A DNA stretch of 64,000 nt from NCBI RefSeq assembly GCF_009914755.1, contig NC_060930.1; one strand, 5' to 3'. The DNA is from the human T2T-CHM13v2.0 reference genome, Homo sapiens. The position numbers were made by a program, and so were the translations under genes. This document shows, one piece after another, positions 43,901 through 59,757 of the stretch; position 1 is the stretch's first letter, and every line of letters begins with the position of its first letter. The notes beneath the pieces are model-generated. The model saw nothing but the letters and a program-made list of their open reading frames with translations, had not been told where the DNA came from and searched no databases.

Positions 43901-44656
43901 AAATTGTTCAGCATTAGTAAAATTCTAATTGCCAGTTGAACAGTGTCATCCTTTTGAGTTTCTCCAGGACTGTCCTGCTGCTCTGTGATACCTCCCCTAT
44001 TGCCTTCAGAAACTAGACCTAGCTGAGCCTTTTTTCTTTGTATGCCCTTTTGCTGTATCGTATTATAAACTTGTATCAAATTTTGTCTTCTGCTTTCCCT
44101 GTTTCTTTCAGCCTTCCCTTGCCCAAGGCTTTATCGGGATGTTTGTTATATCTCTGTGCCCCTGATCCTCTAGAAGTTGATTCATTCTTATCTGTCTAGA
44201 TTTCTTGCATGTCTACTCTCTCTGTCTGGATTGGTTTGGCAGCAACCCCACTTATGTGCTCTCACATGTAGGTTTCATTAGCATGCTCTTTTCTTCCGCT
44301 CGCAACTTGTCAATCAAGATGGAATCTGACAGCATTGGTAATTTTAGTAGTTATTTCTTTCCTAGCTTACCCTCCCGCCTCCACCTCCAGCATGACTTAG
44401 TTTTGGTTAGCTGATTAGAATGTAGTTTCACACCAGTGTTTTTTGTTTAGCAGGTAGTTATCTGAGGATTTCTACTGTGTGATCCTCCAGCATGGCTCTG
44501 TTTGGGAATTTTTCCTAAAGAATATTATTAACTGGTCTGCAGTATCAGGGAAGCCAGTAAAGTTGCTGGTCTTCAGTTTCCTTATCTGTTAACTAGAGAT
44601 AAAAAAAACTCTACCTCACTTGGTTATAGAGATTCAGTTAAATAAAAGTATCTGTG

Positions 44657-45220
<564 letters not shown>

Positions 45221-45814
45221 ATGCATTTTAACTTCATGCTTAATGTTATATTGTGTGCTAACAGGATTTTCATTTTTCTTTTGGCACAGGGAAGGTATTT
45301 TGAAATGCAATTCTATAATTTTTAGAGCTACAAAGAGCCCTTTATCATTTAATGCTATTTTTTCACAAGAAAACAAGAGGACCAGAGAAGTTAAGTGATT
45401 CACCCAGAGATATTCCTATTCCACACCTCTACCAAACACACTGACAAAAAGTGTCTCATTCACGCTTATTTAACTAATACTTATTTATGAGTGTTTGCTA
45501 AAACCCTTTCAAACTCAAATTCTGGATGTGGGATATGATTGTTTGAATTATCTGCTTTAACCAAACTAGTTCTTTCAGTATTCTGTGACTATTTCTTGGC
45601 CTTTTCTTTTTGTCTATATCCTTTTCATATATAAAGAATCTTAGCCAAAGTTTATTCAGTGTATTATTTTCTCTTCTGATTTGCTTTAGAAAAGTCATTA
45701 CTCTATAATCAACCATAGAATTTTGTACATAATCTACCCAGTTTTCATGTGTGTTCTGTGGCATATCTGAGGTTTCTACCTCATTTAATCTACCAATTTT
45801 TTCCCACCCTCTCC

Positions 45815-46297
45815 CTCTTTTTAACATGATTTTTGCCATTCCTTCCATCTATAAATGAAGATGATTTCTCTACTCCCTTAAATATGGGCCGACTTTGTGA
45901 CTTGCTTTGACCAATTTCCATTGGCAGAAAGGACAACATCAGGCAAATTTCAAGCTTAGGCCCCAAGAGTCCTTGCAGCTTTTGCCGTTGCCCTTTTTGA
46001 ATGCTCTCTGGGAGCTTCATATAAGAAAGCCACTCTAGCTTAAGGGAGGAGGACAGAGGCCTTGTGGAGCACAGAGGAGCTCTAGCTGGCAGCTGGCACT
46101 AACTGCTAGACATAGCAGTGAGGCCAGCATGGATCTTCCAGCCCTTCTGACACTAGCCAAATGTAGATGCATGAGTCCAGATGAGAGCAGCAGCGGAATT
46201 ACCTAACCAACGCACAGAAACGTGAGGAATAAAAATCCATGTAGTTTTGAGCCACCAAATTTGGGATGGTTTGTTATTCAGTAAAAGCTAACTTATA
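45815..46297 (+). mobile_element. MLT1-type MaLR solo LTR
   Basis: ttgtgacttgctttgaccaat...gtgaggaataaaa...ttttgagccaccaaatttgggatggtttgttattcag. Confidence 0.8.
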
Positions 46298-46584
46298 TGC
46301 GTAGGTATCAGTATTGCGGCAACCTTGAGATGATTAAAGAGTATAATCCATGTAAAGTGTTTGGCTTACTGCCAAACATATAGTGTCCCTCAGTAGAGGT
46401 TAACTGCTGTATTATTATCATTATCATTGTTGTTTTGGTTATAATGGTCGCTTCTCCCTCCTCCTCTAGATCTAATGCCATTGCTCTTTAATATTATTAA
46501 CTTTGATGAATTAAATAATTGGATGTCCTTAGTGGTAATTGGTATTTTCCTTCCTAATTAGTAAGTAGTCTAAAACTTTAAAAA

Positions 46585-47205
46585 GTTTTTTTTATTGTGA
46601 AATAAAACACATATATAGAAAAGAACTTAAAGCATAAATTTACAGCTTACAGCAAATTATAAAGTGAACATCTGTCACTGCCATTCAGGTTAAGAAATTG
46701 AACATTACCATGACTCCAAAAACTTGTATCAAATTACATATTCTGCTTCCATTGAATGCTTTTCCTGATCATAATCCCCCCTCTTATATCTAGAGGTAGC
46801 CACTAACCTGATTTTATAGGAATCACTCTTTGCTTATCCTTTTGGGTTTTATTGCCTCTGTATGCATCTGTAAACAAATTAGTTCAGGTGATTTATTCAA
46901 CATATAAATGAAATAATATAGTATGCATTTTTGTGTGCCTGGCTTTATTCACTGAACATTATCTCTAAGATTCATCCATGTCATAACTAACTGTAAGCTT
47001 TCATTTTCATTGCTGTGTAGAATTTCATTGTAATAATGTATAATACCTCTATCAGATCCACTATTTATGGGTGTTTGGGTTTTTATAGTTTTGGGGTATT
47101 ATAAATAATTCTTTCAAGCACATTTTTATATATATATTCTGGAAAAAATATATGTGAGAGTTTTTTTTTTAAAGATCTATACCTAGTAGTATAACTTCTG
47201 GGTAA
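46585..47205 (-). mobile_element. Old L1M 3' region
   Basis: ttttttattgtgaaataaaacacata...cctggctttattcactgaacattat...gattcatccatg. Confidence 0.75.
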
Positions 47206-48799
47206 CAAAGTCACAGTCACTTTTTGCAAGTCTCACAGAAAAGAACAATACCAGATGACACAAATGATGTGTACTGTGCATCTTACCTTGAGATTAGAAC
47301 TGTTGGTTTACCATGCAACCACATACAGGTGGTTGACCAAAAAGGCAGTCTAGGTTGATGGGGACCGGAGTAGGGATGGTATGAGAGTTATGTAGGATGA
47401 AAAGGGGTCAAGATGTATGTGATAGGTTAGAATGTCTCTGGGAAGGAAATCTGTGAGTAAATTTGGTGTTATTATAGTTAGGAGTCCCATAGTTTTTCAG
47501 GAATTAATAGCATTTTTTACATTAGTTGTTCTCCATTTGAATTTGTAACAATGGTTTATGTTTTCTCTATATTGCAGAGGAGAAGTTTGGGCAACTGGGG
47601 GACAATTGACTGATCCTTGGCCATATAATAATAAAAGGGGACCCAGCTCTTCTAGGACTGAGATTTTCTTTGTCCCTTTCTAAAAAGCAGAAGGGAGGTA
47701 CTAACACTTTACCAAAAAAGAAGGAAAAGAATCTTGTCAGAAATGGAGAATGGGAGAACATTTAGCCAAATTAAAGGCTGTATCTACTAAAAGCAATGGT
47801 GGCTCTAAGAAGATGGGTGTAGCATAACAACCCGAGGCAATTTGGGTTCCTTTGCATATAATTGTACAGAATGTGCTCTAAGTGGGTTAGTGAGCTATAA
47901 TCAAACATGGTAGAGTTGAAGAATGGTGTCTGTGTGTTCTGTCACATGGTTGCACTGCACTGAGGCTTCCTGCCAAGACAGCTACAGGAATTGTTTTTCA
48001 TGGGCTCTGGCTGATCTCAAAGGCAAGGCAGAAGGGTTTATAGCTTAGTGAGTTATTTTTCCTGACTCTCTAAGGAAGCTGAATATTTGAGAATTTAATA
48101 CAGTTTCCTTGGCATTGTGTTGATCTTTGGATACCATATTAAGATCACATCAGGATAATGAGGGAAGGATTAAGGAATTACTGGTTTCATTTGGGATCAT
48201 GTCAGATGGGGTTGTTTTTACATCTGGCATGTACTTCCCAAGTTGAATAAAGTAGTATTTGTGACAGGCTCTAGTGGAGGATGCTGGTAACATGCAGAAC
48301 CAAACCTTAAATTTGCATGCTGTTATGACTTCTATTGGATGTGAGGATTTGTAGGTTATCGTTTCCACAGATGTAAAGTGAACTTATTATTCACTGTACA
48401 TCTAAGTACCTTATTGACTTGATTTCTTGTCTTATTTCTGAATGGTCCCAGAATGTATGGAGATGGTGATGGGTTTTGTAGTTTTGCTATTATGCCTTTC
48501 CTAGAAAACAAAGTGAGCTTTTCATGCTTGAGTAAACACATTGATGTATTATGAAACTGTCAAGACTCTGTACAATTGGCATAAGCTCAATTATTCAAAT
48601 ACGTGACTCTATTGAATGGCTTTTGTGCTGGCTGATGCTTTAGTTCAGCCAGTATAAAGACATTTCAATATCTTTCCTTAAGAAATTAAATCTCAACTGC
48701 ATGAGTAAAGAAATGCAAAGGATTAGTCCTGTAGTTGAGCACTTTCCTCATCATCTTGTATAGCTAATTGGTAGCATTCATTTGCTGAGATTTATAGTT

Positions 48800-50822
48800 C
48801 ATTTTATTTTTTAAAAAAATATGGTTTTTAAATTAAAAAGTCATTCATGCATTATCTTTGTCACCCAACATAACTGCTTTTTTCTTCTTTGTTCTCTTCC
48901 TGTCAGTCCACATGCACACATGCTTTTTTAATGTAGTGTATCAGCAATTTTGTTTTCTTTTTAAGTTATATTTGCATGGTAAATCTTTTTCAAGTTCTGT
49001 GGTCTTTATAATATTTATTTTTATTGTTGCATAATATTGAATTATTTAATAATATGCAATCATTTTTCTTATTTGAAATGTATGTTTTCTAGTTTTTTAT
49101 TTTTACACATAATAGTGCAAAGATGTATTTGTGCATTATTTTCAGTTATGAGGACAGGTGTCCAGAAGTATTTCAGTGGACTTGAAAAGATTTTTTCTTT
49201 TACGTATTGCTCAATTGCTTTCCAAGAGGCAATTGTATGATTATATAAATATACAATCTTTTTTACCAACAAAAAAAAGAAAGATAAAGTCTATTAAATG
49301 TTAGCATCCTACAAAATTAACATTTGGAGCATCCTGTAATCTTAGTAGAGACTTCTTCATTTGTAAATTCAATTTCTATTTTTAGCAGAGTAATGTATGC
49401 AAATAGTTTAAAAATCTAATAAGCTGTTTAGTGTGACAGTGAAAAACAGCAGCCTCTTGCCTCCTTCCCCACTCCGGTTTCTGGCTTTTGACTATTTCTG
49501 CGAATATTTGCCTCCATATTGCTAAATGACTTTTGCGGCTTGATTTTTTTTCCTCTTTGAGTTATTTATGGATTTCTTTTTGTGGAAGATGAGGCTTTAG
49601 TTCTTACAGTTTCTTTCCCATTCTCTCAATATTGACATAACATAAATTTTGGTTTTACCAATATAGATATTATAATGTTATGACTGTAAGTACTGTTCAT
49701 AATCAAATTTTATATTATGATTATATATTCTTTCACTTTATATTTTCCCTGGAATTAATAACCCTCTTTCCTTTTGCTTGCTTTGTTTTCTTTATGCCTA
49801 TTTCTAATTTATCACCAAACATTCTGAAAGAGTTGCAAATTTCCTTTGATACTTCCAAACATGTCAGATAATTCCTCAGGTGTGTTTTTATTTATTTTTT
49901 CAAAACCTCCCTCTGGGAGCTGTCATATTGCTGCAGTGTAGATGGGTTGCTCTTGGGGCCTGATATTCAAGCAACATTTTGGAATTCCCTTCATGATTTT
50001 ATTCTGGGAATTTCCTTTGCCTTTCTCTGTTTTGTTGATTCTCTGTTTCCTGGATCTCAGGTTGTTTTTCTTTTAAGTTTACTTACATATTTTGATGGAG
50101 TCCTGAGAAAGGTGCAAGGAAACTGAACTTTTTGATACCATGCGTGACTGAAATGTTTTTATTCTGTAATCATACTTAATTGATAGTTTGGCTGGGTATA
50201 TAATTTTAGGTTGGGAATAATGATTTTTTTGGAATTTTGAAGGCATTGCTTTATTGCCCTCTTACTTTCAAGGTTGCTTTTGAGTCCAGTGCCATTCTGA
50301 TACCCAATTCTTTGTTAAGACCTTTTTCCTTTATTTCCTGTGCCTGGAAACTTTTAGAATCTAATTTCTGGAGTTCTAACATCTTATGGTATGCCTTGGT
50401 ATGTACTTTTTTTTTCATTCATTTTATTGGTCGCATGGTGGGCCCTCTCAAACCAGAAAAAGCATGTCCTGCAGTTTCCTGTATTTCTCTCTTTCAACTA
50501 CGAATTACTTTGTAGTACCTTGTGAACCGGTCCATTAGTTTTCCTCTCTTTTTTTCTCCCACTTTCCCATCTTTTTGTCTTTTTATTCCACCTTCTGAGG
50601 ACTCTATTAACTTTATTTTTCACCTCTTTTATGGGATTCTTTTATCAATGCTACAATATTTTTCACTTTCTGAAAGCTTATTTCTAATTCTTCTAATTAT
50701 GCTTTTTATGGTGTTATGTTGCTTCATCTGTGATTTCTCTGAGGATATTAATTATTTTTTGGTTGAGGAATTATTTTTTCTGCTCCCTGCATCATGTTTG
50801 TTTCCTCTGGGGTGGGGGGGTA

Positions 50823-50874
<52 letters not shown>

Positions 50875-51540
50875 CGCGCACATTCTCTTTCTTGCATGTG
50901 GCAGTGGAGATCAGATGAGGTGGGCCTGTTTGGAAGCTCCGTGTGTTGGTGAGGCTTATAACCTGAAGCTTCTTTATAGGAAGATTAGTGTCTGCAAGTC
51001 TGTGCTCATGCCCAGGAGCCGGGATGCAGGGAGAAGAGAGGGTGGGATCTTACTGACCAGGCTTTGTCTCAGTCCCCTGTTTTTAGCATGGTTATGTTAC
51101 CCCCTGCCCTCAGCTGTGCTTAGCTGTGGTAGGACTTACCTCTTCTGGAGAGGAAATTTCCAGGCTCCTGCCTGGCTCTGCAGGGTAGAGAAGAGAATAT
51201 GGCAGTTTAACTGTTCATTATATAAATTTTCAATCAGTTCTCCTTTCCTCAGAGGTACCTGGACCTAGTTTCTTATTGGCTACTCGCCCCACAGGCTTAA
51301 ATTTCAGCTTTGTTTCAATTTGTTTGTTAGTTACCATTCATCCCTCTGTTTTCTAGCTTAAAGGATTTTGTTGCATATCTAGTTCGCTTTTTGTACTCTT
51401 TCATTTTCTGTCTTCATGGGCTTATTTCACATTATATTTATGTTCATGTGTATATAAATTCCTTTAGTGTCATTTTAATACAGTTTTTAAAAAGTATGGG
51501 GAAAGAGCATGTACTCAGTCTGCCATGGTTGATGGAAGTA
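48800..51540 (-). mobile_element. Cluster of highly degraded L1M fragments
   Basis: T-rich antisense L1 text, e.g. tgatagtttggctgggtatataattttaggttgg and aattgctttccaagagg. Confidence 0.6.
50829..50883. repeat. (TG)21 microsatellite plus CG/CA extension
   Basis: Pure TG at 50829-50870, followed by cgtgcgcgcacat. Confidence 0.95.
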
Positions 51541-51796
51541 TCCAGTGCAGACTTTTTAGACTGGTCAAAAATATATTTTTTGCTTGCACACATTTGTGGG
51601 ATATTTATTATACTTTCTGATATACAATAATTTCTTTAAAAAATGTCTTTTTAAAATATTTTAAAATTTAAATAATATTTTTAAAAGACATTTTTACATG
51701 TCTTTAGCATTGCAGATTTAATGTCAATTTTCATAAGTCGATATTTCTGTCTACTGGATAGCTTAAAGGAGTGACTGTTCTTTAAGTTGCTCATTA

Positions 51797-51950
51797 ATTT
51801 TTAAAAACCTTTTATTTTGAAATAATTGTAGATTGATAGGAAGTTCAAAAATAGTACTGAGAGGTTCCTTATACCCAGTTTTTCCCAATGGTAACATCTT
51901 CACAACTACAGTACTGCCATCAAAGTTAGGAAATTGATGTTGCTACAACC
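51797..51950 (-). mobile_element. L1MC/MD-type 3' end fragment
   Basis: tttattttgaaataattgtagatt...cccagtttttcccaatggtaacatctt. Confidence 0.75.
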
Positions 51951-51958
51951 TTCATTAG

Positions 51959-52336
<378 letters not shown>

Positions 52337-54864
52337 TAAATATTACTGGAGGTGCTTTCCCTGATAGTTATGGGAAAACTATATGATTCTTGGGGTGAAA
52401 TTAATGCCATTTTTGAATAGGTCAGTTAACTTATAGGCATTTTCCAAAAAAAATTTCATAACACAAGTTTTAGGAGACAGCTTTCTCCAAATAAGTTCAA
52501 TCTGATTCCTAGAGTTAGAGAGTGGGCTGGGCAATCATTTAACCTTGTCCACTTATTTTGCTGAACATGATATTGAGGACTGGTGGCATGGTTTTTGTCC
52601 AGTGCTTGGGTGCTGCTGTGGCAAGGGAAACCTGCCCTGGGGAAGGGTTGGTTTCTCTTGGCTGTGTCTCAGTTGCTTGGTATGCTCTCCCTGTAGTGAA
52701 CAGACCTGCTTGCGTTCAGGCATCTTCTGTCTTAATGTGTTTCTAATTAGGCTGCTGGTGGCTTTGCCCACTTCAATTTGTGTGGTATATTTGTGAGTTT
52801 ATTTTGATTTTCAGATCCCACTATTGATTCATTTTTACTGAACATTTGAATAGGGCATCCTAATAGATACCCCAATGGGATACTCAAATGCCTTTCATTT
52901 TTAAATGGGTACCTTGGTTTAACCCTCAGTTTTATACCCCTTAGAGTGCTTCCCAAATGGGCTGGTACTGCTCCTTGTTGTAGCATATTTGATTTATTAA
53001 ATTAACGTAGCAACTCCCAGTGGTCCTATCTAGTGATGGAATTCAGTTCTTGTAAGGACCCTGGTACAATTTCCTTAGGATAGTCTTGAACAAGGTCTGA
53101 ATTATTTATTAAAAAGGTAATTCCTTTATTTCTCTCCTATTACATACCTGATTTATTTTGTGTTTTGCTTCTGTTTTCCTACAAAAATCTATAGGTTTCT
53201 TCTGAATTGATTATCTTTAGGTCTGTATATTTCAGTCTGATATTTTTGGCAAAAACCCCAGGTCCCAGACATATAATTCTTCTGTGGGTCATTGTTATAA
53301 TACAGCAATGGTAATCAGTACTTGGTTGGAAATATGGTGAAGAAAAAAATGATTCCTCCTTTCTAACAACTTCTAATAGGTTTTAAATTGTTTTTATCTG
53401 TTACATTCCATAAATTAGAAACTGTCTTCTGGCTTAGCCATGTGATCGTGACATTCTTCTATTTTGCATGAAAATTATTTCTTACTTTGAAGGTACTAGA
53501 AAAAGTAAAACAAAACTTTTTTGGGGGAGGGTGTCTTGTTTTAGAGTGGCTTATTTGGTCGCAGGGAACCCAGATCTACTTAGATAAAGTGGATTTGATT
53601 GTAAGGAAGGCGGGGTGGAATTAACATGCACCAAAAGCAGTGGCACCAAGCTTGCATTTGACACTATCTTGGGGGTTTCATGGCCTCTTTTTTCCAGTGT
53701 GTCCACTTCTGTTTGTGGGTTCTCTGTTCTTCCCTCCTCACTGAACTGCTCTGTTGGAACTGGCTTGTGGTGGCCTCTTTTTGTGACTTCTCTTTACGTA
53801 CAGTTTGACTTTTGCCCCTGCTGCAGCATTTGTTTGCCAGTGAAGGATTTCTCAGTGAAGAGTGGTTGACCCAACTTATCTTTTTATGCCAATCATAAGA
53901 CATAGGGTACAGGTCAGGTTACCAGCCACCCTAAAGGTTGGCTGCCCTGGGAGTTGGATGGCAACCAGTACAAAGCATGGCCCTGCCCCTCAGCACAGAA
54001 GTTGTTGATGAGCAGCTTCGCTTACACTGGAGTATGGGGTGGGGTGGGCATCTGGGGTCTGGCCAGGCCAGAATTGCCTCAGAAACTAGCCTGTATAATA
54101 CTTTCCCAAGGTATATGTGATTGAAATGATTCTCTTGTCCTAGCAGTTACCTAAGTTATAAAGAATGACTAGCTATTAACTCTGCAAGGAAGCAGTGACT
54201 TTGTAAAATGGTCACGAAAGTCACAAAATCTGAAGAAATACATAGCAATTTTGAAATGGGGATTAGAAATAAACAGAAATACTTAAGAAAGACGAAAAGT
54301 TTTGGCTCTGACTATTTGGGCGGAAGGAAACCATACAGCTCAAAAGTTCCCAGTCCCGTAATTAACTCTAATGGGATGCTCCGTGGGAAGTCAGCACTAG
54401 TCAGCTGCCAGTTTTACCAGTTCCCACATCAGCTCTTTTCAAACATTTGTAGCTAGAAAGAAGGGCTCCATGCATCTTCCCGTGTGTCCCCTTACCTTCC
54501 AGCACGTTGATAAAAGAAACTAGGCTTTCACTGAAGACAGTATCAGGACACAAAAATGTTTCTGCTCCTTGGAACACCTACCCTGCTTTTTGTTGTTGTT
54601 GTTGTTGTTGTATTTTTCCCCGCTCACTTTCAACCTTTCCTTCTGCAAGTGTTGGAGTTTTGTGAGGGATCCTGCAGAACGTTCACCTTCTTATCCAGCT
54701 CTCTTAGAAATGCCGAGAGGGAGTTAACCATTCCCTTCCCTTCTTGACAGGGCCTGGCTCTGGCTCAGTAGCATTATGTGTGTGGTGGATGTGGGGGTAG
54801 AGGGGAAGACAGCATGGAAGGTTCAGGGCTTTCCTGGAGGTTATTAAAAGAAAGAGTGAACCTG

Positions 54865-55249
<385 letters not shown>

Positions 55250-55629
55250 TCAAGCAGATCTCAGTATGCTTCCACTCATTTTTTGGACAGATAAAATTAT
55301 GTTAATCTGAATACCCTAGGTAACCGAGTAGGCAAATAAAAGTCACAAATCCTGCAGCTGGAGAGGCGATGTGAGAACCTGACTTTGTACAGGTGCAGGC
55401 ATTTGTGAGGTTTGCGGCTGGTGCCTGGAGGCCTGTGTGGGCCTCTGGTCTTCTGTTGCCCCAGATGGCGGTGCCTACTTTCTGATCAGAAGCTGTTCCT
55501 TTGGGTCCCTGCCCCGCCTCAGTGGTTTGTAGCAGGGTTATAACCAGGGCTGGCCAGTCATGATAGGACCTTCCTTAGTTCTTGATTTTGCATTGTTTTG
55601 GCCATGGAGGAGAAAGTCCATTGAGTTAA

Positions 55630-55790
55630 TGCTTATCATACTTGAATGTGCAAGGAATTATCTGAGACTTTTGTTAAAATGAAGATTCTGTTGCAGTAGA
55701 TCCAGAGTGGATCTGGAGATTCTGTATTGCTAAGAAGCTCCCAGGGGATGCCAACCCTGCTGGTCCCCAGCCACACCAAGGAGAAGGATC
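55630..55790. mobile_element. MER5-type MITE
   Basis: ttgttaaaatgaagattctg...gagattctgtatt.ctaagaagctcccagg.gatgcc...ctgctggtcc. Confidence 0.7.
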
Positions 55791-58670
55791 TTAGACATCA
55801 CCACCTGCAGGCTTGCTGCTAACTTTCCTTCAGCAGCTTCCTGTGGTTAGGAGCCCACATTCACTCCCCTCAGGCACCCCTGCACCCTCCCATGTGGAAG
55901 ATAGGAGATCTTCCGGCCATTCCTTGTTAAAGGGTAAGATGCTGGAGCTGACTTTAGCTCACGTTTGCTTTGATTCTAAAAGCAAAACTAGACCTTTCTG
56001 GATGTTTCCTTGCTCAAGTGAGGAGAAAACCCAGGTTTTGCGTTTCTCTTTAAAGACGTTTGTAAATGAAGAGAGAAGTTTTTACAGCCTCACTTTCTGG
56101 GCCAAGAACTGCCAAGACCTTCAAACACTGACTTTTGTGGCTTTGTTTTCTGACATTTTAGGCGCAAAGTCAAGGGAATTGTGTGCTGTGTTGGAAAAGA
56201 GAAGCATGAGTTTAGGGAAAAAGAGGGCAGTGCTTATGGATTATCTAAGCTGCAAGGATTTATTTATTTTTTTTCTGAAGGACAAGTAGAGAGCCTTGGG
56301 ATGAGCACAGTGCATATGGTCTCTTCCCCAGAATGACTAGATGTGCTCAGCAGAGAGGACCCTGGCTCGGAGCCCTGGCTCTGCTGTCAGCACGCGGTCG
56401 ACTTTGGGCAGGCCCCTTCCGATGCCGCTGGGCCTTCTTTTGCGGAGTGGGACAAGACCCTGCTCCCTGTATGAGCCCAGTGAGAGTCAAGGAAAGTGAC
56501 ACACTTCTCTTGTCTTAACTTGGTGGATTTGTTTTTTTAAAACAGGCAAATGTCTAAAACATATATGAGAAAAAAAAACTAGGTGTTTCCCCTGAACATA
56601 GATTAGAGGATGATTGGAGTATATGAACTAGATATCTGAATTTGCTGGTAACATTTTGTCTACAAAAAGTGTACAGACTTAGAATTAAGTTCTGCAACAG
56701 TTTTCTGTGGTGAAATGCGTATGCTTCAATGCTTGGAACTTGTATCTGCTTTCTCTGCTAACTGATTATTAGCTGCTTGAGGAAAATGACCTCTGATTAT
56801 GTGAGAAGTGGTATTATCGCATAGTAGGATCTTGCTATTCAAGAATCTAGGGCAGACTTTCTTAATGCTTCATGATTCCTGCCTCAAGGGTTAGTAATTT
56901 GAATTTTATAATCTATGCTGTAATTTGACTTACATCACAGTACTATGTCATTATCCATTTAGTTCAGTTTTCCCCGAAGTGTAAGGTGTATACTACCAGC
57001 ACTGCTAGAGATGATTTTAACTGGTACTGCAAAACAGCAATTTTAAATTTTGAGTCATGGTGAGAAAGTTATCCTTTTATTTTCAATTTTATTCCTTTTG
57101 GATTGCATCTGTAAAATTTGATAACACTGTATTGTATTTGTTACATTTATCTTTTGTATCTCGTGGTGATAATAGCTTTGAATTCGTGTTAGTGATTTAA
57201 AACAATTTTCTTCCTTTAAAAATCTCATCCAAATTTTAAAAGTCAGTTTAAAAGAATGAGGCAAATGATAAAGAATGCAGGGGCTACACCAGGATGGCAA
57301 AAATTGTGAAGGTGAAATAGAGATGGGTGAAGTTAAGGAAATACTTGTCAGTATTAGCATAATGTGCCAAAGAGTTCATGAATTTATTTCTCTTATGGGG
57401 CAAATGGAACTGCAGATAGAAAAAAACATGTCCAGAGACTGCATACCTTCACTAATTATTTCATCAACTTGAGTTAACAAGAACTTAAAGGTAAGATAGT
57501 TTTAGTACAATCATCACTATCATCAGGACAGCACTGCAGACTAAGTGGACTGCCTACCAGTAGGGACATTGTCTCATCTAAAGCCTCTTCTAGAGGCTGG
57601 ACTTTGAGTGCATGATTGGGTTAGTTGTCCTCTGTCCAACCACGAGATGCTGATCAATGTTTGGTCTATAGCTATGGATTTGTTTCATAAGATCTAAAAC
57701 CAATCTCGAACCCTGTTGAAATGATAGCATCAAATCATGGTACTTTGTTTATGCCCTGAAAAGAGCTCGTTCTGGCAAGTGGTAACTCTAGTGTGCCTAA
57801 AAGTCCTCCTACTTAGTTATGAACAATTAACCTTTTTTGTTTGTTTGTAATAACTGTATACACACACACCAGAAGTGTGGTAGAAACAAGTTTTTACCCA
57901 TGCGGACTTCAGACTTGCCACAATTAAGCCATTGTTCTCTCCTTTCTTGCAGCCTAATTTGGGCCCAAATTTAGCACTTTCTTTAGCAAACTGCCCCAGT
58001 GGCTGGACTTCATACATTACAGTAGGAGAGTTTTGTTGTCACTGTCATTGTTAAAATATCACAGGAGACATCCAGCAAAGGGAGCACGCCTCTATGCTCA
58101 CTGTACCTTAGGTTGTGCTGGCTGGGCAGTGTTGAGCCCAAAGCTTGCATTCTTGCTTTGCAAATATATCCGCTTTCCCATTGTGAGCCTCCTCTCTGCC
58201 TTAACCTTTACCTTCTCTTTTGTTAGGAAGAAGAGTTAATGTAGAAAAATAAATTGCCTTCTACACACATTTTAATTTCAGATTATAATTACCTTTAAAG
58301 TAGGGGTGAAGAGGAATCAGGCTTCTGTGATGTTTTCTAATCACCTTTCCATTCTGCAAATTTCAGCGAGCATTGTTTAAACATGAAGATATGGTTTCCA
58401 TTTCAAACGCTGAAAACGTTGGGATAAACTTTACACATATGTCTCTTTTGATGAGTATATTTTACACTTTTTACCCATTTTCTTCTTGCCATTCCATAGT
58501 CCTTTTCTGCTCCCATCTGGAAGGGTCTTTTCGGTCTGCTTTCAGAGGGTCAAGTGATCTTCCTTCCACTTGCTTTGTCAGAACATATATATGGAAGAGT
58601 AAACTGCCGTTCCTCTTTATTCTGTTAATATTAATATTCTGTAATCAGAAAAGTTATGACTGATGAATAA

Positions 58671-58998
<328 letters not shown>

Positions 58999-59757
58999 TA
59001 TGCTTTTTTTTTTTTTTTTTTTAGTTAGCAGGTTTGTTGTGATAGATCTGAGTTTGAGAACAACACCTTTGAATATGTTTTTTAAGTCAACAAGTTCTTC
59101 ATTCAGTTACAGGTTCTCTCAATGTTTTGTCTATTTTAAATAGCTCCTTATCTTCGTACTCCATCCCTCCCTAGCTCATTCATTCACTTTATCCGTACAT
59201 GCTACGCTCTGTGTTAGATCTTGACTTTTCTAAAACAATGGTGGATTTAACCGAACAGGCTAAGTTATGGAAGGAAAAATAATTGCAATGGTTTCTCCTG
59301 AAATAAAACAAAACCCTAACATATGGGATGACAGTTTCTGCTCACTTTTTAATTAGGCCGTTTCTGTAGGTATCAGGTTGATGGTTTCCAGCCACAGTGC
59401 TCACATCATTTTGATTTTGAGGCCACCCATTTTGCCGTGTGAATCTGGCTGAGCCAAATGGTGCTGAGGCTCCAGGCAGCTGAAGGTTGGATGGCATCTT
59501 TTTGTCAGGATGGTAACACCAACATGCTCGCACCACTGCAAACAGCGCTCTCCTCTTACTGAGCTAGAAAAGACAAATCTTGGAAAGGGACTTGAGCCAA
59601 GAGGGAAAGAGGGAATGAAAAGCAGTACTAAGAACTGCAATTTGAAGATTAAATATAGAAATGGTATGATTCTTAAATTAGCTTTATAAGTGTTGAATAA
59701 GTCCTTAATCTAACTAAGGTGTCGGCTCAAAGTGAATAATGAAAATGATTTTTAAAA

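Noticed and set aside
50522-51268. 248-aa hydrophobic ORF
   Set aside because: Non-ATG start, lies in degraded antisense L1 and runs through the (TG)n repeat (CVCVCV); spurious.
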